DNA from: Octopus bimaculoides | Lineage: Eukaryota | DNA: 64,000 bases | Assembly: GCF_001194135.2 (NCBI RefSeq) | Contig: NC_069003.1 | Coordinates: forward strand, 13,332,680-13,396,679 | Direction: 5' to 3' | In this document: in pieces, positions 36,860 to 50,382 of the stretch | How positions within the stretch are numbered: the first letter of the stretch is position 1 | How the letters are laid out: every line of letters starts with the position of its first letter | Notes under the pieces: generated by a model | Told to the model about the DNA's origin: nothing | The model's input: only the letters and a program-made list of their open reading frames with translations | The model's database searches: none | Position numbers and translations under genes: made by a program

Positions 36860-37716
36860 CTAGCTGACGTACCCGGTAATTCCTGGGAAAGTGGGGCTTA
36901 TCCCTTGGTTTCAGTTCTCATAATTGTTTCGCTAATCCAATAACAACAATACAAAGCATGTAGCCCTTTAAAACGGTTTTTGTGCATTTACAGAGAATAC
37001 CGAACTGTCTTACAGAGGATCTTGTTTTTAGGAATTCCCAATAAGTTATGAATGCCCAAATTGTAAAGTCACTTATGTAATAACATGAAATTAGTTATCC
37101 GATAGTAAGAATTCAAATAAAGTAGCCCCGAAAAGGGCTTTAATGCGTTCCCAGAGTATATAGAACATAGAAGGAAATACTAATAAGGTATGTATACTAA
37201 AATCGTGAAGCATGTTACGTAATAACAGGCTAATCAGATATGAGGCAATAACAATTCAAAGTAAATAACACTGAAAAGGGCTTTTGTGCATTCCCAAACA
37301 ATATTACCATCAGGGGCGCTAGTGTTGTTGTATTCAGGAATAAGTCACTAACAAAATAAGTGGATCTATTGTTTAGGAAAATACTATTTACTTGTTTAAG
37401 GGTTGTACTGGGTAAATTGTGAAAATAACTCTAACAATTCAAATACTAAGAAATAAGCATACTCAGTTTCATTTTTACCAAATAGTTTACGAAAATGAAT
37501 GGGTTCTTTCCCTTGGCTATATATAAGGATCCCTTCCAGGGGCCCTATTATCGATTTTTTTTCAACAATTTGCGTATGCCATGAGGTTTCCAGACATGAG
37601 TTCTACTCATGTGTCAAGTTTCATCAAAATCGCTAAAACAATGTAGGAGGAATTAGTTAACAACTTCCCAAACACTCCCACAGACAGAATTTCCCACATA
37701 TGTAGTATATATATAT
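36860..37716 (-). mobile_element. Non-autonomous Helitron (Lep1-like architecture) with internal subrepeats
   Basis: The minus-strand 3' end reads CCCAGG-AATTA-CCGGG hairpin...CAGCTAG|T. The other end has CAAGTTTCATCAAAATCG...CAGACAGAATTT...TATAT running into a gap. There are three diverged internal blocks (…AATTCAAA…GAAAAGGGCTTT…TTCCCA). Confidence 0.75.
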
Positions 37717-38134
37717 NNNNNNNNNNNNNNNNNNNNNNNNNNNNNNNNNNNNNNNNNNNNNNNNNNNNNNNNNNNNNNNNNNNNNNNNNNNNNNNNNNNN
37801 NNNNNNNNNNNNNNNNNNNNNNNNNNNNNNNNNNNNNNNNNNNNNNNNNNNNNNNNNNNNNNNNNNNNNNNNNNNNNNNNNNNNNNNNNNNNNNNNNNNN
37901 NNNNNNNNNNNNNNNNNNNNNNNNNNNNNNNNNNNNNNNNNNNNNNNNNNNNNNNNNNNNNNNNNNNNNNNNNNNNNNNNNNNNNNNNNNNNNNNNNNNN
38001 NNNNNNNNNNNNNNNNNNNNNNNNNNNNNNNNNNNNNNNNNNNNNNNNNNNNNNNNNNNNNNNNNNNNNNNNNNNNNNNNNNNNNNNNNNNNNNNNNNNN
38101 NNNNNNNNNNNNNNNNNNNNNNNNNNNNNNNNNN
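37717..38134. other. Assembly gap (N run)
   Basis: Run of N. Confidence 0.99.
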
Positions 38135-38152
38135 TATATATATATATATATG

Positions 38153-38396
38153 CAGTGTGGCCCAAAAGTAGGTTTACAGTTATCACATAGGCACTTTAAA
38201 TTTCTTTTAAAACATTTTATTACATTTAAATTTCTATCTTACAAACTGAAAAGGGAGCTTGACAAAATTAACTAAATTAGCATAGAATAATGGTTTCATA
38301 TTTCTTTTTTTTTTAATTAATATCTAAACTGTTAATATATGAATGCAAAAGAGATAGTTGAATAACTAACTGTAAACCTACTTTTGGGCCACCCTG
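38153..38396. mobile_element. Tc1/mariner-type MITE (244 bp)
   Basis: TIRs of about 30 bp, CAGTGTGGCCCAAAAGTAGGTTTACAGTTA / TAACTGTAAACCTACTTTTGGGCCACCCTG, followed by TA and embedded in (TA)n. Confidence 0.92.
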
Positions 38397-38933
38397 TATA
38401 TATATATATATAGGTTAAAGCTACCATTGGTTTCATATTAAGGCAAGTCCCTCAACACTAACCAAGCCTAACATGAAACCAATGTGGTTGTATATTTATA
38501 TGTGTGTATATATAGAATGTATATTGTTGCTCCTAGTATATTATCCTATCTCTTATAAGTCTGGTTCTTATTCTATCAATCTCTATTGTCGGACTGCTAA
38601 GTTACGGCAATGCAAACACAGGAACACTGGCTGTTAAATGGTGGTGGAGGGGGGGGTCACACAAAGAGACGCACATAGATATGTACATATATATATATGT
38701 GTATGAAGGGCTTCTTTCAATTTCTGTCTACCAAATCCACTCACAAGGCTTTGGTTGGTCCAAGGCTATAGTAGAAAACACCTGCTCAATGTACCACACA
38801 GTGGGACTGAATCTGGAATCATGTACTTGGGAAGCAAGCTTCTTACCACACAGCTATGCCTGCGCCTACAGACAGAATCAGCCAAAAGTTTTGTTTGTTT
38901 TTGCATTACAGTCACAAACTAACACACACACGT

Positions 38934-39000
38934 GAGTGCACTCTGACTCACACACCTGAGTGAACTCTGACACGCACACACGTGAGTGCACTCTGACGCA
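38934..39000. repeat. Short minisatellite, about 3 copies of CACACGTGAGTGCACTCTGAC
   Basis: Directly visible imperfect tandem repeat within a CA tract. Confidence 0.8.
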
Positions 39001-40651
39001 CATGCACACACACACACACACACATTGGTATTTTTTGTTGTAATTCCCTTTTTTCTTAAACCCTCTCAGGCACAGGAGTGGTAAGTAGCTTGCTTACCAA
39101 CCACATGGTTCCGGGTTCATTCCCACTGTGTGTTGCCTTGGGCAAGTGTCCTGTACTATAGCCTCAAGCTGACCAAAGCCTTGTGAGTGGATTCGGTAGA
39201 TGGAAACTGAAAGAAGCCTGTTGTGTATAATATATATGAATATAAATATTTTATAATTTTATACATAATTATAATAAGGGCTTGGTTTATAATTGGTAAA
39301 AATTATCTATGATTTTACCCTTATTATTATTATTATTATATACATATATATATATATATATATATGTATATGTTTCTGTGTTTGTCCCCCACCATCACTT
39401 GACCACTGATGCTGGTGTGTTTACGTCCCCGTAACTTAGCGGTTCGGCTTAAGAGTCTGATAGAATAAGTACCAGGCTTACAAACAATAAGTCCTGGGGT
39501 CAGTTTGTTTGACTAAAAATAAGGCAGTGCTCCAGCATGGCCACAGTCAAATTACTGAAACAAATAAAATAATAAAACTAATAAATACTGTTTTACTCCT
39601 CCTCCTCCTCCTCCAACTTCTGGGGTAGAGCCCCTCCCCCTTCTCTCACTCCTTGTTCTCCACATCCCTTCAGTACTCATGTTGCGGTAGTCATGACAAC
39701 CAGACTCTTGTTGCTGGATGTCGAATGTTCAGTTCTTCATGTTCTTGTGTTCTTTGTTGAAAAGGAGTGGAACAGATGCCTTGTGGGTGACAAGTTGTGC
39801 AATGTGAGCTAGGTTAGCTACTCATCCCACCCCAACCACCACCCCTGATATATAACTACATATTTTTCTTTTTCTTTACTAGTTTCAGCTCAAGAGCTGT
39901 GGCCATGCTGGGGCACTGCCATTACTGCTGGGATATATAATCTTTTGCCTGTTTCAGTCATTGGACTGTGGCCATGTTGGGTGTAATGCCTTAGATGTTC
40001 TGAAGGTTTTTAGTCAAATGAATCGATCCCAGTTCTTATCTTTTAAACCTGGTATTTATTCTATGAGTTTCTTTTGTTTAACTGCTGCGTCACAAGGATG
40101 TAAACAAACCAACACTAGTTGGCAAGTGGTGGTTGCGGACAGACTCACACACACACATACACACGCTCTCTCTCTCTCTCTCTCTCCCTTTCTCTCTCTC
40201 CCTTTCTCTCTCTCTCCCTTTCTCTCTCTCCCCCTTTCTCTCTCCCTCCCTTTCTCTCTCTCTCCCTTTCTCTCTCTCTCCCTTTCTCTCTCTTCCTCTC
40301 TTTCAGTTTCTGTCTACCAAATCCACTCACAAGGTTTTGGTCGGCCTGGGCCATAGTCAAAGATACTTGCTCTAGATACCATGCAATGGGACTGAACCTG
40401 GGGCCATGTGTTTGGGAAGCAAACTTCTTGTCACACAGCCACACCTGTGCTCCAGCATGACCAGATCTGAATGACTGAAGCTTGTAAAAGGATAAAAGGA
40501 TATATATATATATAGACTGTAGCCATACTGGGGTACTGCCTTGAGGAATTTTTAGTCAAATGAATCAACCCTCAGTGCCTGCTTATCCTATCAGCTTCTT
40601 TTGCTGAACATGTTAACACACCAACACCTGTTGTCAAGTGGAACTGGGGGA

Positions 40652-40682
<31 letters not shown>

Positions 40683-42286
40683 GATGGGCTTCTTTCAGTT
40701 TCTGCCTATCAAATCCACTCAGAAGATTTTAGTCGGCTTGAGGCTTTAGTAGAAGACACTTGCCCAATGTGCCATACGGTGAGACTGAAACCTAAACCAT
40801 GTGGTTGGGAAGCAAGTTTCTTATCACACAGCCACACCTGTGCCTGCACACACACACATATGATGATGATATATATACCCTGCAGTAGAATTTGGTAACT
40901 CTTTGGGTGGGGCTTTTGAATAAATCCTACTGCCTCCCCCACCTTTCTCTTGGTATCATTTTTCTACTGTTATCGTACTATCTTTATCATCATCTCAATC
41001 ATCATCATCACCATTATCAGTATAAGCAACATTTATCAGCTTTATCATTGTCATCATCATCAGCAGCAGCATTACCACCACCATCACCAATATCACTATC
41101 ACCATCACTCACTATCACCATCACTCACTATCACCATCACTCACTATCACTCATCACCACCACCATCAAATTTTGTCATTACTCTAAACTGGTATTTGCA
41201 ATAGAGTTAATCAAACTGGCCACTTTCACAGTGGATATACTAATCCTACGAGTGGTGATGATGCATTTGTGCAGCTATACATGCATGTGTAATAATCCTT
41301 AATGAACACAGCTTCTGGCAAACTCTAATGAATTCCATAAACACTTTTCTGTTCGTCCGATTTAGATGTAAGCATGGCTGTGTGATGAGAAGTTTGCTTG
41401 CCACTGTGCGGCACACTGGGAAAATGTCTTCTACTACGGTCCCAGGCTGACTGAAGCCCCATGAATGGATTTGGTAGACTGAAACTGAAAGAAGCCTGTT
41501 TGTGTGCGCATGTGCATGTGTGTGTGTGTGTCTCTGTTTGTCCCCCACCACTACTTCACAAACCTGTGTTGGTTTGTTGACATCTTCATAACTTAACAGT
41601 TTGGCAAAAGAGACCGATAGAATAAGTACCAGGCTTAACCCTCTAGTGTTTAAACTGGCCATATCCAACCTGAATATTCTCCATGTTTTATGTTCAAACA
41701 GGTCAAATCCAGACTCTTACACTTATCCTACAATGTCATTTTTAAAGATAAACAGTCACATTGTCAAAATTTCAAAGCTGTGAGATAATGCATAATTAAT
41801 TCAAAACAATGTGAATATATAAGCATTACTTGACAGAGTAATCTAAATGCCAAAGGGTTAGAAAAAAAGGTAGGGACTGAGATAGATTTGTTTGATTAAA
41901 AGCCTTTTAAGGCAGTGCCCCAGCATGGCCACAGACAACTAAGTGTAACAAATAAAAGATGAAAGAGAAAAGCTTATACTACATGGAATTTTTTGTTCTC
42001 TTAGAAAATTCCATTCCTTCACCTTGTTTCAATTAAGCATCTAAGCATCTTCACGATTTTCATTGTCAGACTCCCATCTGTTCTGTAGAATTTGAAATAC
42101 ACACCTTACACTGCCATTCAACACAGCACTGACTTGCAGTCTTGCAGTTGTTCTGTTTGTTATATTTTATATTTTTATTTTTATTTTTTTTTTTGGAGCT
42201 TCTACTTCTACTAGTGATGGTGCTGTTGTTTCTATGAGAGAAAATTTGGGACTCATGCCAAATGTTTAAGATGTAAGCGTCTGCTG

Positions 42287-42317
<31 letters not shown>

Positions 42318-42426
42318 ATAGATATGTGCACATACACATATATACATAAATATATATATACACACACATAAACATTCTCTGATATGTATATTTATATATG
42401 TGTGTGTGTGTGTATAGGTATGCGCA

Positions 42427-43282
42427 NNNNNNNNNNNNNNNNNNNNNNNNNNNNNNNNNNNNNNNNNNNNNNNNNNNNNNNNNNNNNNNNNNNNNNNNNN
42501 NNNNNNNNNNNNNNNNNNNNNNNNNNNNNNNNNNNNNNNNNNNNNNNNNNNNNNNNNNNNNNNNNNNNNNNNNNNNNNNNNNNNNNNNNNNNNNNNNNNN
42601 NNNNNNNNNNNNNNNNNNNNNNNNNNNNNNNNNNNNNNNNNNNNNNNNNNNNNNNNNNNNNNNNNNNNNNNNNNNNNNNNNNNNNNNNNNNNNNNNNNNN
42701 NNNNNNNNNNNNNNNNNNNNNNNNNNNNNNNNNNNNNNNNNNNNNNNNNNNNNNNNNNNNNNNNNNNNNNNNNNNNNNNNNNNNNNNNNNNNNNNNNNNN
42801 NNNNNNNNNNNNNNNNNNNNNNNNNNNNNNNNNNNNNNNNNNNNNNNNNNNNNNNNNNNNNNNNNNNNNNNNNNNNNNNNNNNNNNNNNNNNNNNNNNNN
42901 NNNNNNNNNNNNNNNNNNNNNNNNNNNNNNNNNNNNNNNNNNNNNNNNNNNNNNNNNNNNNNNNNNNNNNNNNNNNNNNNNNNNNNNNNNNNNNNNNNNN
43001 NNNNNNNNNNNNNNNNNNNNNNNNNNNNNNNNNNNNNNNNNNNNNNNNNNNNNNNNNNNNNNNNNNNNNNNNNNNNNNNNNNNNNNNNNNNNNNNNNNNN
43101 NNNNNNNNNNNNNNNNNNNNNNNNNNNNNNNNNNNNNNNNNNNNNNNNNNNNNNNNNNNNNNNNNNNNNNNNNNNNNNNNNNNNNNNNNNNNNNNNNNNN
43201 NNNNNNNNNNNNNNNNNNNNNNNNNNNNNNNNNNNNNNNNNNNNNNNNNNNNNNNNNNNNNNNNNNNNNNNNNNNNNNNNNN
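42427..43282. other. Assembly gap (N run)
   Basis: Run of N. Confidence 0.99.
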
Positions 43283-43818
43283 TCCCTGCTCCTCATACTT
43301 TCTCTATCCCTATCTCAACCCCACTCTATCCTTTCCCTGCCCAACACCCTCCACACCCTATTCTCCCATACTCCCCCCCCATGCACACTCTTCAGATGTT
43401 AGACCTTTCATATCACCCCCCCCCCATGGAAGTAACAATTATTGCTCTTATTCTTCTGAGATGTGGTAAACCCTTCCCTCTTGTGCAACCACGACTGACC
43501 TACTTGTTTCTAACACCAAATCTAGGTCACTGTGTTCCCCACCCTCCAATTTCCTTCTGGCAGTTGAGCATGATCGAATCTTTACAATCTTTACGTTTAG
43601 GGTTCTTAACCTTTTAGGTGTTTAAACTAGCCCAAATATTCTACGTTTTACATTCAAACTGGCCATATCTGGCCTCTCACACCTAACCAACAACGTCATT
43701 CTGATAATAAACAATTGCATCATTGAAACCTCAAAGCTACAAGATATTGCATGATTAATTCGAAACAATTTGAAAAAACATTACTTTAAAAGGTTAAGCA
43801 ACAATTTAGCTTCTAGAA

Positions 43819-44071
43819 CAGTGGTCCACCTCAACCAGGATCCATATGGCTCTTGGGGGATCCCTATAAGATTTTGTAGCCAAAATTTATCTGCAATAAA
43901 TTGCTTATACTTCTACAATACTCAAAATATTTAAATTTTATTTTCATACAATTCCTCTAATATAAAAATATAATGGGATATTTTAAAATGCCAAATGGGT
44001 ATGAGGCCCCACCTGAATAAGATAGGAATCAAAATGGGGGTCCACAGGTAAAAAATGGTTGAGAATCACTG
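43819..44071. mobile_element. hAT (Charlie-like) MITE, 253 bp
   Basis: Ends CAGTGG... / ...GTTGAGAATCACTG. 8-bp TSD TTCTAGAA / CTCTAGAA, matching the NTCTAGAN target preference of Charlie-type hATs. Confidence 0.85.
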
Positions 44072-44082
44072 CTCTAGAATAA

Positions 44083-44296
44083 TGGTTTCAAATTTTGCCA
44101 CAACGGCAGCAATTTTGGGGAGGGGATGAGTCGATTACATCAACCTCAGTGTTCAACTGGTACTTATTTTATTGACCCCGAAAGGATGAAAGGCAAAGTT
44201 GATCTCAGCGGAGTTTGAACCCAGAACGTAAAGACAGACAAAATGCCACTCAACATTTTACCTGGCATGCTAATGACTCTGCCAGCTTGCTGCCTT
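44083..44296 (-). mobile_element. tRNA-derived SINE family B with a 15-bp TSD; many copies (e.g. 3696-3908, 52851-53050, 55905-56140, 58693-58838)
   Basis: TSD ACTGCTCTAGAATAA at 44068-44082 and 44297-44311. Minus-strand head GGCAGCAAGCTGGCAGAGTC...GGGTTCAAACTCC and core CTTTGCCTTTCATCCTTTCGGGGTCAATAAAATAAGTACCAGTTG. Confidence 0.9.
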
Positions 44297-45545
44297 ACTG
44301 CTCTAGAATAACGACAGTTTGGTTGTGACTGGAACACCATTGATTATAGGTCTTTCTGATCAGAGCTGCTAAACAACAAAGACAGCAATAACAGGCCTCT
44401 AGGTTGCTAAATCTATCTTGAATCACAGTCTGCAAAAGTAGGATGCATTGGATACTATATAGCTCAAGGACTGAAATAGGCCTAACCAACAATAACAAGG
44501 TAGAAACACATTGGAGCATTGTAGTCTTTGATACACCATGTCTATCTAAAAAATGGATGTTTACAACTGGACTATTTTTCTTGTTGTGGTTCTGCTTGAT
44601 TAGGGCTGGTCCAGGGTTAAAGAATATTGGTTTCAAATTTTGGCACAAAGCCATCAATTTTGGGGGTAGGGGATAAGTTGATTATATTAATCCCAGTGTT
44701 CAACTGGTACTTATTTTATCAACCCCAAAAGGATGAAAGGCAGAATCTACCTCCGCGTAATTTGAACTCAGAACATAAAGAGGAGCGAAATGCCACGAAA
44801 CATTTTGCCCAGCATGTTATCATTTCTGCCAACTCTCCCTGCTTACAGGTTAAAGAATAACGACACGGAAGAGCACATTGGATAATGTAGCCCTAGGTAT
44901 ACTGTGTCTGAAAAATTACAAAAAAGAATAAAATAAAATAAAGAACTGGTATGTTTACTGGAATAGGTTTGTCTTGATCATTGGCGACCTGGGGTTAAAC
45001 AATAACAAAATCTATCATAGCTACCCTACCATAACACCTCTGATGATCCCTATCAATTAGTCAACCTTTTTACCTTACATTGTTTACCTGTTTTATTCAT
45101 TGGACTGTGGCCATTCTGGGACCCCACTTTGAAGGGTTTTAGTTGAATAAATCAACTCTAGTACTTCTTTCTTTCTTTCTTTCTTTTTTGAACCCTTTAG
45201 CATTCAGATTATTCTGTCAAATGCAATGCTTATTTATTCGCATTGTTTTGACTTAATCGTGCATTGTTTTGAAGCTTCAAGTGTTTGATGATGTGATTGC
45301 TTATTTTTAGAATGACATTGTTGGGTAGGTGTGAGAGGCCAGATCTGACCTATCTAAGTAGAATTTTTTGGCCTGATATGGCTGGATTAGATGTTAAAGG
45401 CTTAAATGCTAAAAGGATACTTATTCTGTTGATTTCTTTTATCAAATAACAAATCTACAAGGATGTAAACAAACTAACACCAGTCATCAAGTAGTGGTGG
45501 AAGACACACACAGACACAAACACACACACACACACACACACACAC

Positions 45546-47264
45546 TAGATGATGATGATGATGTCATTGTCATCGTCATCATGGCAGTGGTAGTGTAGTT
45601 TTTTTAAAGATGGTAGGATGGTAGTGTGTGGTTTTTTTGAGGGAGGTTTGGCTATCCTTTCTTGTAGGCTGAATGATTGCATAGAGGATCCATCATTTTG
45701 TGGCATGGCAAAACAAGTGGAGTACTGAACCAAATACTTTACTGTATCATATGTGACATTCTTGCTCTATAGTTCAATCCCATTTGGGATGTCATAACTG
45801 GAACGTCATTGATCATAGATCTGTTGCATCAAGACTGATTTGATACACACACTCACACACACGGTGAGCTTCCATATACTTTCTGTCTATCAAATTCACT
45901 TACAAGGCATTGGGTCAGTACAGGGGCAGTAATAGAAGACACTTGCTTGAAGTGCTACGCTGTGGGACTGAACCTGGAACTTAGTGGTTAGGCAGTGTCA
46001 TCTTCTTGAACTAAAAAATTATTTATTGTTGACATTTGCAATCAATAACTATCGACAGCTGTTGTTGTGGTTGACCTTAGGTCAGTCCTGATTCAGCAAG
46101 AAAGAATTCTTATCACAATTCATGACTAATCATGTCTTTTTATATACTACAAACACAAGACTTCATTTATCAAGTGCAACCCCACTCCTCCTTTTTGTTC
46201 GTTTAAGACAGGTTTGAGAGAGTTTGACTGCTATTTCTAGCATTGCAAGACAGTCATAAAGCTATTGACAATTGTTATTAATGCTTACAATTTCTCAGGT
46301 GAGCAAGAACCTCTCTCTCTTTCCCCCTTTTCTTTCTCTGTCTTCACCTTCTCTCTCTCTTCTCCCACTTCCTTCTCTTCCTCTTTCTACTAATGAATTG
46401 CAAATACACCAGAACATTGAACGGTCCCTTTGCTATCATTGTATTCAGTCAACTAAATCACCTACATACATACATACATGCATGCCTACATACATACAAA
46501 TATATATATATATAGGATGGCATGAGAATTGAACCAGATGTTCTCTAGATATTTACAACTCATGACATGTGTACCACGTGTTTCTTCCTTCGCTGTACTA
46601 GACAACCGACTGATTCAACCATATCTCAATGGTACCCCATGAACTGGCCTCCATTGACCGACCAACCAGCCAATCAAATACCAAAGATTTAAATTATCTT
46701 TCCATCAGCTGTTTTCTTTTTTTTTATGTTTCTGCATGAACGCATGTTAGTTATGTTGTTATTGTGCCAGCTCAGCCATAAATGAGCAGAACTTTGTCAC
46801 GTACATAGCTGGTTGAGCAACAAATTTTGGTGCTGTAGATCTTTCATTCTCTTGGTTAATTGAGGACGACTCATTGCACTCCAATTCATCACATTTGTAT
46901 TTGTCACGTGGAGAACATTGGAGAACATAGGCAGTTCCAGCTTGTTTTTTTGGTATCAAATCAGTCTTAATGCAACAAATTTATGGCCAACGATGTTCCA
47001 GTTATGACCATCCCAAATGGGATTGAACTATAGAGCAAGAGTGTCACATATGATACAGTAAGGCATTTGGTTCAGTACTCCCCTTATTTTGCCACTCCAC
47101 AAAATGATGGAACCTCTATGCTGTCACTCAGCCTACAAGAAAGGATAGCCAAACCTCCCTCAAACCACACACAGCCATCCTGCCATCTTAAAATAAAAAA
47201 GAAACTACACTACCACTGCTATGACAATGACCATCACCCTCCTCCTCATCATCATCATCATCTA
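45546..47264. repeat. Inverted repeat, arms of about 300 bp (45546-45846 and 46953-47264) with a spacer of about 1.1 kb
   Basis: The arms are reverse complements, e.g. GAGGGAGGTTTGGCTATCCTTTCTTGTAGGCTGA vs TCAGCCTACAAGAAAGGATAGCCAAACCTCCCTC. The ORF track shows the same peptide MVQYS...QERIAKPPS on opposite strands. Confidence 0.93.
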
Positions 47265-48549
47265 ATGTCTCCATACTGGCATAGTTTGGGTGGTTTTATA
47301 TGAACTGTTGAGCCAGAAGATTGCTCCAAGCTCTGCTTTGGCAAGCTTTCTATAGCTGGAAGCCCTTCTTGATACCAGCCACTCCACAGAGTGTTCCGGG
47401 TGTGGTTTTTTTCTTTGTAACACCAAGTTACCCATGAGACAAGACCCTTCAGCTGAATAGGGTATAATATTGAGGGATATGAAAGTATGATAGAGGGAAA
47501 GGAGTGAGTGTCTTGCTGAAGAGTTGAATACATGATTATTCTAAAAACCTGGACACAGCTCCTACTACAAAAACCAGTTCTGTCCTACCCATTTCTCTCA
47601 TACTTTAAACCTCATTTCCTTGTATAAAACCACCCCTCCCTCTTAGCATAAAGCTACCCCCTTCCTCAAGCTTCATATCTGGCAAGCTGCAAGGTGACCT
47701 CACTAGTACTAGGTCCATGAAAAAAAAAAATCTGGTACATGATGTAAAGGAGTTGGCTTTAGGAAGGGGATTTAGCCATAAAAATCATATCAAAGCAGAC
47801 ACTGGAGCACGATGCAGTCCTTGAACCCTTGCTTGAACCCAACATGGAAAATGGACTTTAAATGATGATGCTGAACACTCTAGAGCATTATCTCATTATG
47901 ATCCTAAGAACACACACACACATGCACACTCAGAGAAGTTCTACCCTTAAACGTTCATTCCAGCATCTGAACATGGATGAACAAACCTTATTCCATCATT
48001 ATTTGAAGAACTTTCAGGCCCTGGCAAAGATTTAATTATTCTGCAGCTTCAGAAAGTTTCATACCAACTTCAACAGAACTATCAGCTTTGACTGCCAAAC
48101 TTTGAGCAATAAATTTGTGAGATCTTAAATCCTGACAACATTTTAATAACTATTTATGCTCTACCGCAAATATTTTAGTGTCCACTTCAATGTTTATAGC
48201 CCTACAATAAAAAATATTGTTCATATATAAATATATATTTGGATTAATTATACATGCATACATACATACAGACAGACATATCTTTTACTTGTTTCAGTCA
48301 GTAAACTGCAGCCATGCTGGGGCACTGCGTGGAAAATTTTTTGGTCGAATGAATCAACCCCAGTACTTATTCTATTGGTGTCTTTTGCCAAACCACTAAG
48401 TTACAGGGACATAAACATACCAACACCAGTGATCAAATACACACACACAAACACACACACACACACACATGCAACAGGCTTCTTTCGGTTTCTATCTACC
48501 TAATTCATTCACAAAATTTTGGTCAGCCCAAGTAGAAGACAATATATAT

Positions 48550-48610
48550 NNNNNNNNNNNNNNNNNNNNNNNNNNNNNNNNNNNNNNNNNNNNNNNNNNN
48601 NNNNNNNNNN
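48550..48610. other. Assembly gap (N run)
   Basis: Run of N. Confidence 0.99.
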
Positions 48611-48647
<37 letters not shown>

Positions 48648-49830
48648 TACACACACACACACACACACACATATAGAGTGAGAGAGAGAAGCATGATCTT
48701 CGAATGTTGGGTCTCACAGAAGCAATGACAAGTGATTTATAAGATCTTTGGTGATTTGCAGTGCTTGAGAAGACACATCAAGCCAAGTGAAATCATAGTT
48801 GTGGCCTGTGCCAGTGACACGTAAAAGGCAACCACTACACTCTTGCAGTGGTTGGCATTAAGAAGGGCATCCAACTGTAGAAAGCAAGCCAAATCAGACT
48901 GGGACTTGGTACTGCTCTCGGGCGTAACAGTTCCAATCAAACCATCTAACCCATGCCAGCATGGAAAGAAGACGTTAAATAATGATGATGATGATGATGA
49001 GAGAGAGAGAGATCTATATAAAATGAGATAATGTATTTAACAATAAAAATATATCTACAGTAATTAAGAGTTCAGTAACAGATTGTTAAAACTCCAACAT
49101 GTTTATAACATTACAGTAAGTCCAGTAGATGTTGACATGTAAACACACAATAGATTAAAAAGATCTGCAAGAGCAACATATTTAGTAAACATGCACAACA
49201 AACCCCCACACACTCCTAGTTTCTGTCTCCCCACTTGCTTCTGTTCACCTCATACCTTGAGGTCCTACCTGGACACACTGCATCACCACTGTTTATCTCT
49301 ACATATCTATTACTGATTCATTTCTGACTCTCTCCTAATTGTTGTAGCTGTGTAGCTCCCCTATAACATGAACCTGCTCTATCCCACTCCTTTCTTTTAT
49401 AGCATACTAGCATAAGATCCCCGCTGCATAGCAACCTCACTAGTGCTGGTGGCATACAAAGCACAGAGTACACAGTGTTAAGTGGTTGGCATTAGAAAAG
49501 GCATAGACACTGGTGCATGATACAGTCCTTGGACCTCTCAGATATCACAACCACCACCATCTTCATCACTCTTTCTAGCTACTCCCACCCATCCTTATAT
49601 AAAACTGAATGGCCATGGATTTCTTAAAGCAAGACACTTGTTCCTGTCTGTGTACCGTACTTAAGCCCCACACCCCTGGCATAAAGCCACCTCTCTCTCT
49701 CCTACATTCCCACTTAGTTGAGGGGTGGGGAAGTTTTCTTTGTCTTGCTAGTTACTTCATAACCACGCTAATACTGGTACCACAAAAAAACAACCCCAAA
49801 AAACAATGCACCCAGTACATTCTGTTAAAT

Positions 49831-50090
49831 CAGTGGTTCTCAACTGGGGTCCATATGGCCCTTGTGGGTCCATATAATATTTTGTTGTTAAACTTTGTGC
49901 TATAAATTGGTTGTACTTGTACAATAAGCAAAATATTTTAAACAATTTTCTAAAATCAATTCCTAATAATATTTGATTATAAGAATACAGTAGGATTTTT
50001 TCTAATGTACATCAAATGGCTATGGAGATCCAGTAGCGTAAAATAGGAATCAAAGAGTTCCATAGGCAAAAAAATGGATTAGAACCATTG
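49831..50090. mobile_element. hAT-type MITE, 260 bp
   Basis: CAGTGGTTCTCAA... / ...TTAGAACCATTG. Perfect 8-bp TSD TGTTAAAT at 49823-49830 and 50091-50098. Confidence 0.92.
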
Positions 50091-50382
50091 TGTTAAATGG
50101 TTAACACTAGAAAGGGCATCAGGCTATAGAAATTATGCCAAAGCATTGGTGCTCAGCATAATCCTCTGGCTTGGATCCCATTGAACCATCATGCTCATGC
50201 GAACATGGAAGATGGACATTATATAATAGTGAAATGATGTGCCTTGCTCAAGGACACAACATAAAATTTCAGAGTTGTCATCCTTTTCTTTGTACTGATG
50301 AAATCCAAGTAGACTGAAATAGTAGCTATATACAAATATTAAGTTCTCTATGTGTGTGTGTATATACACACACACACACATG

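Noticed and set aside
40892-41302. His/Thr-rich ORFs
   Set aside because: Translation of a (CAT/CAC)n degenerate microsatellite.
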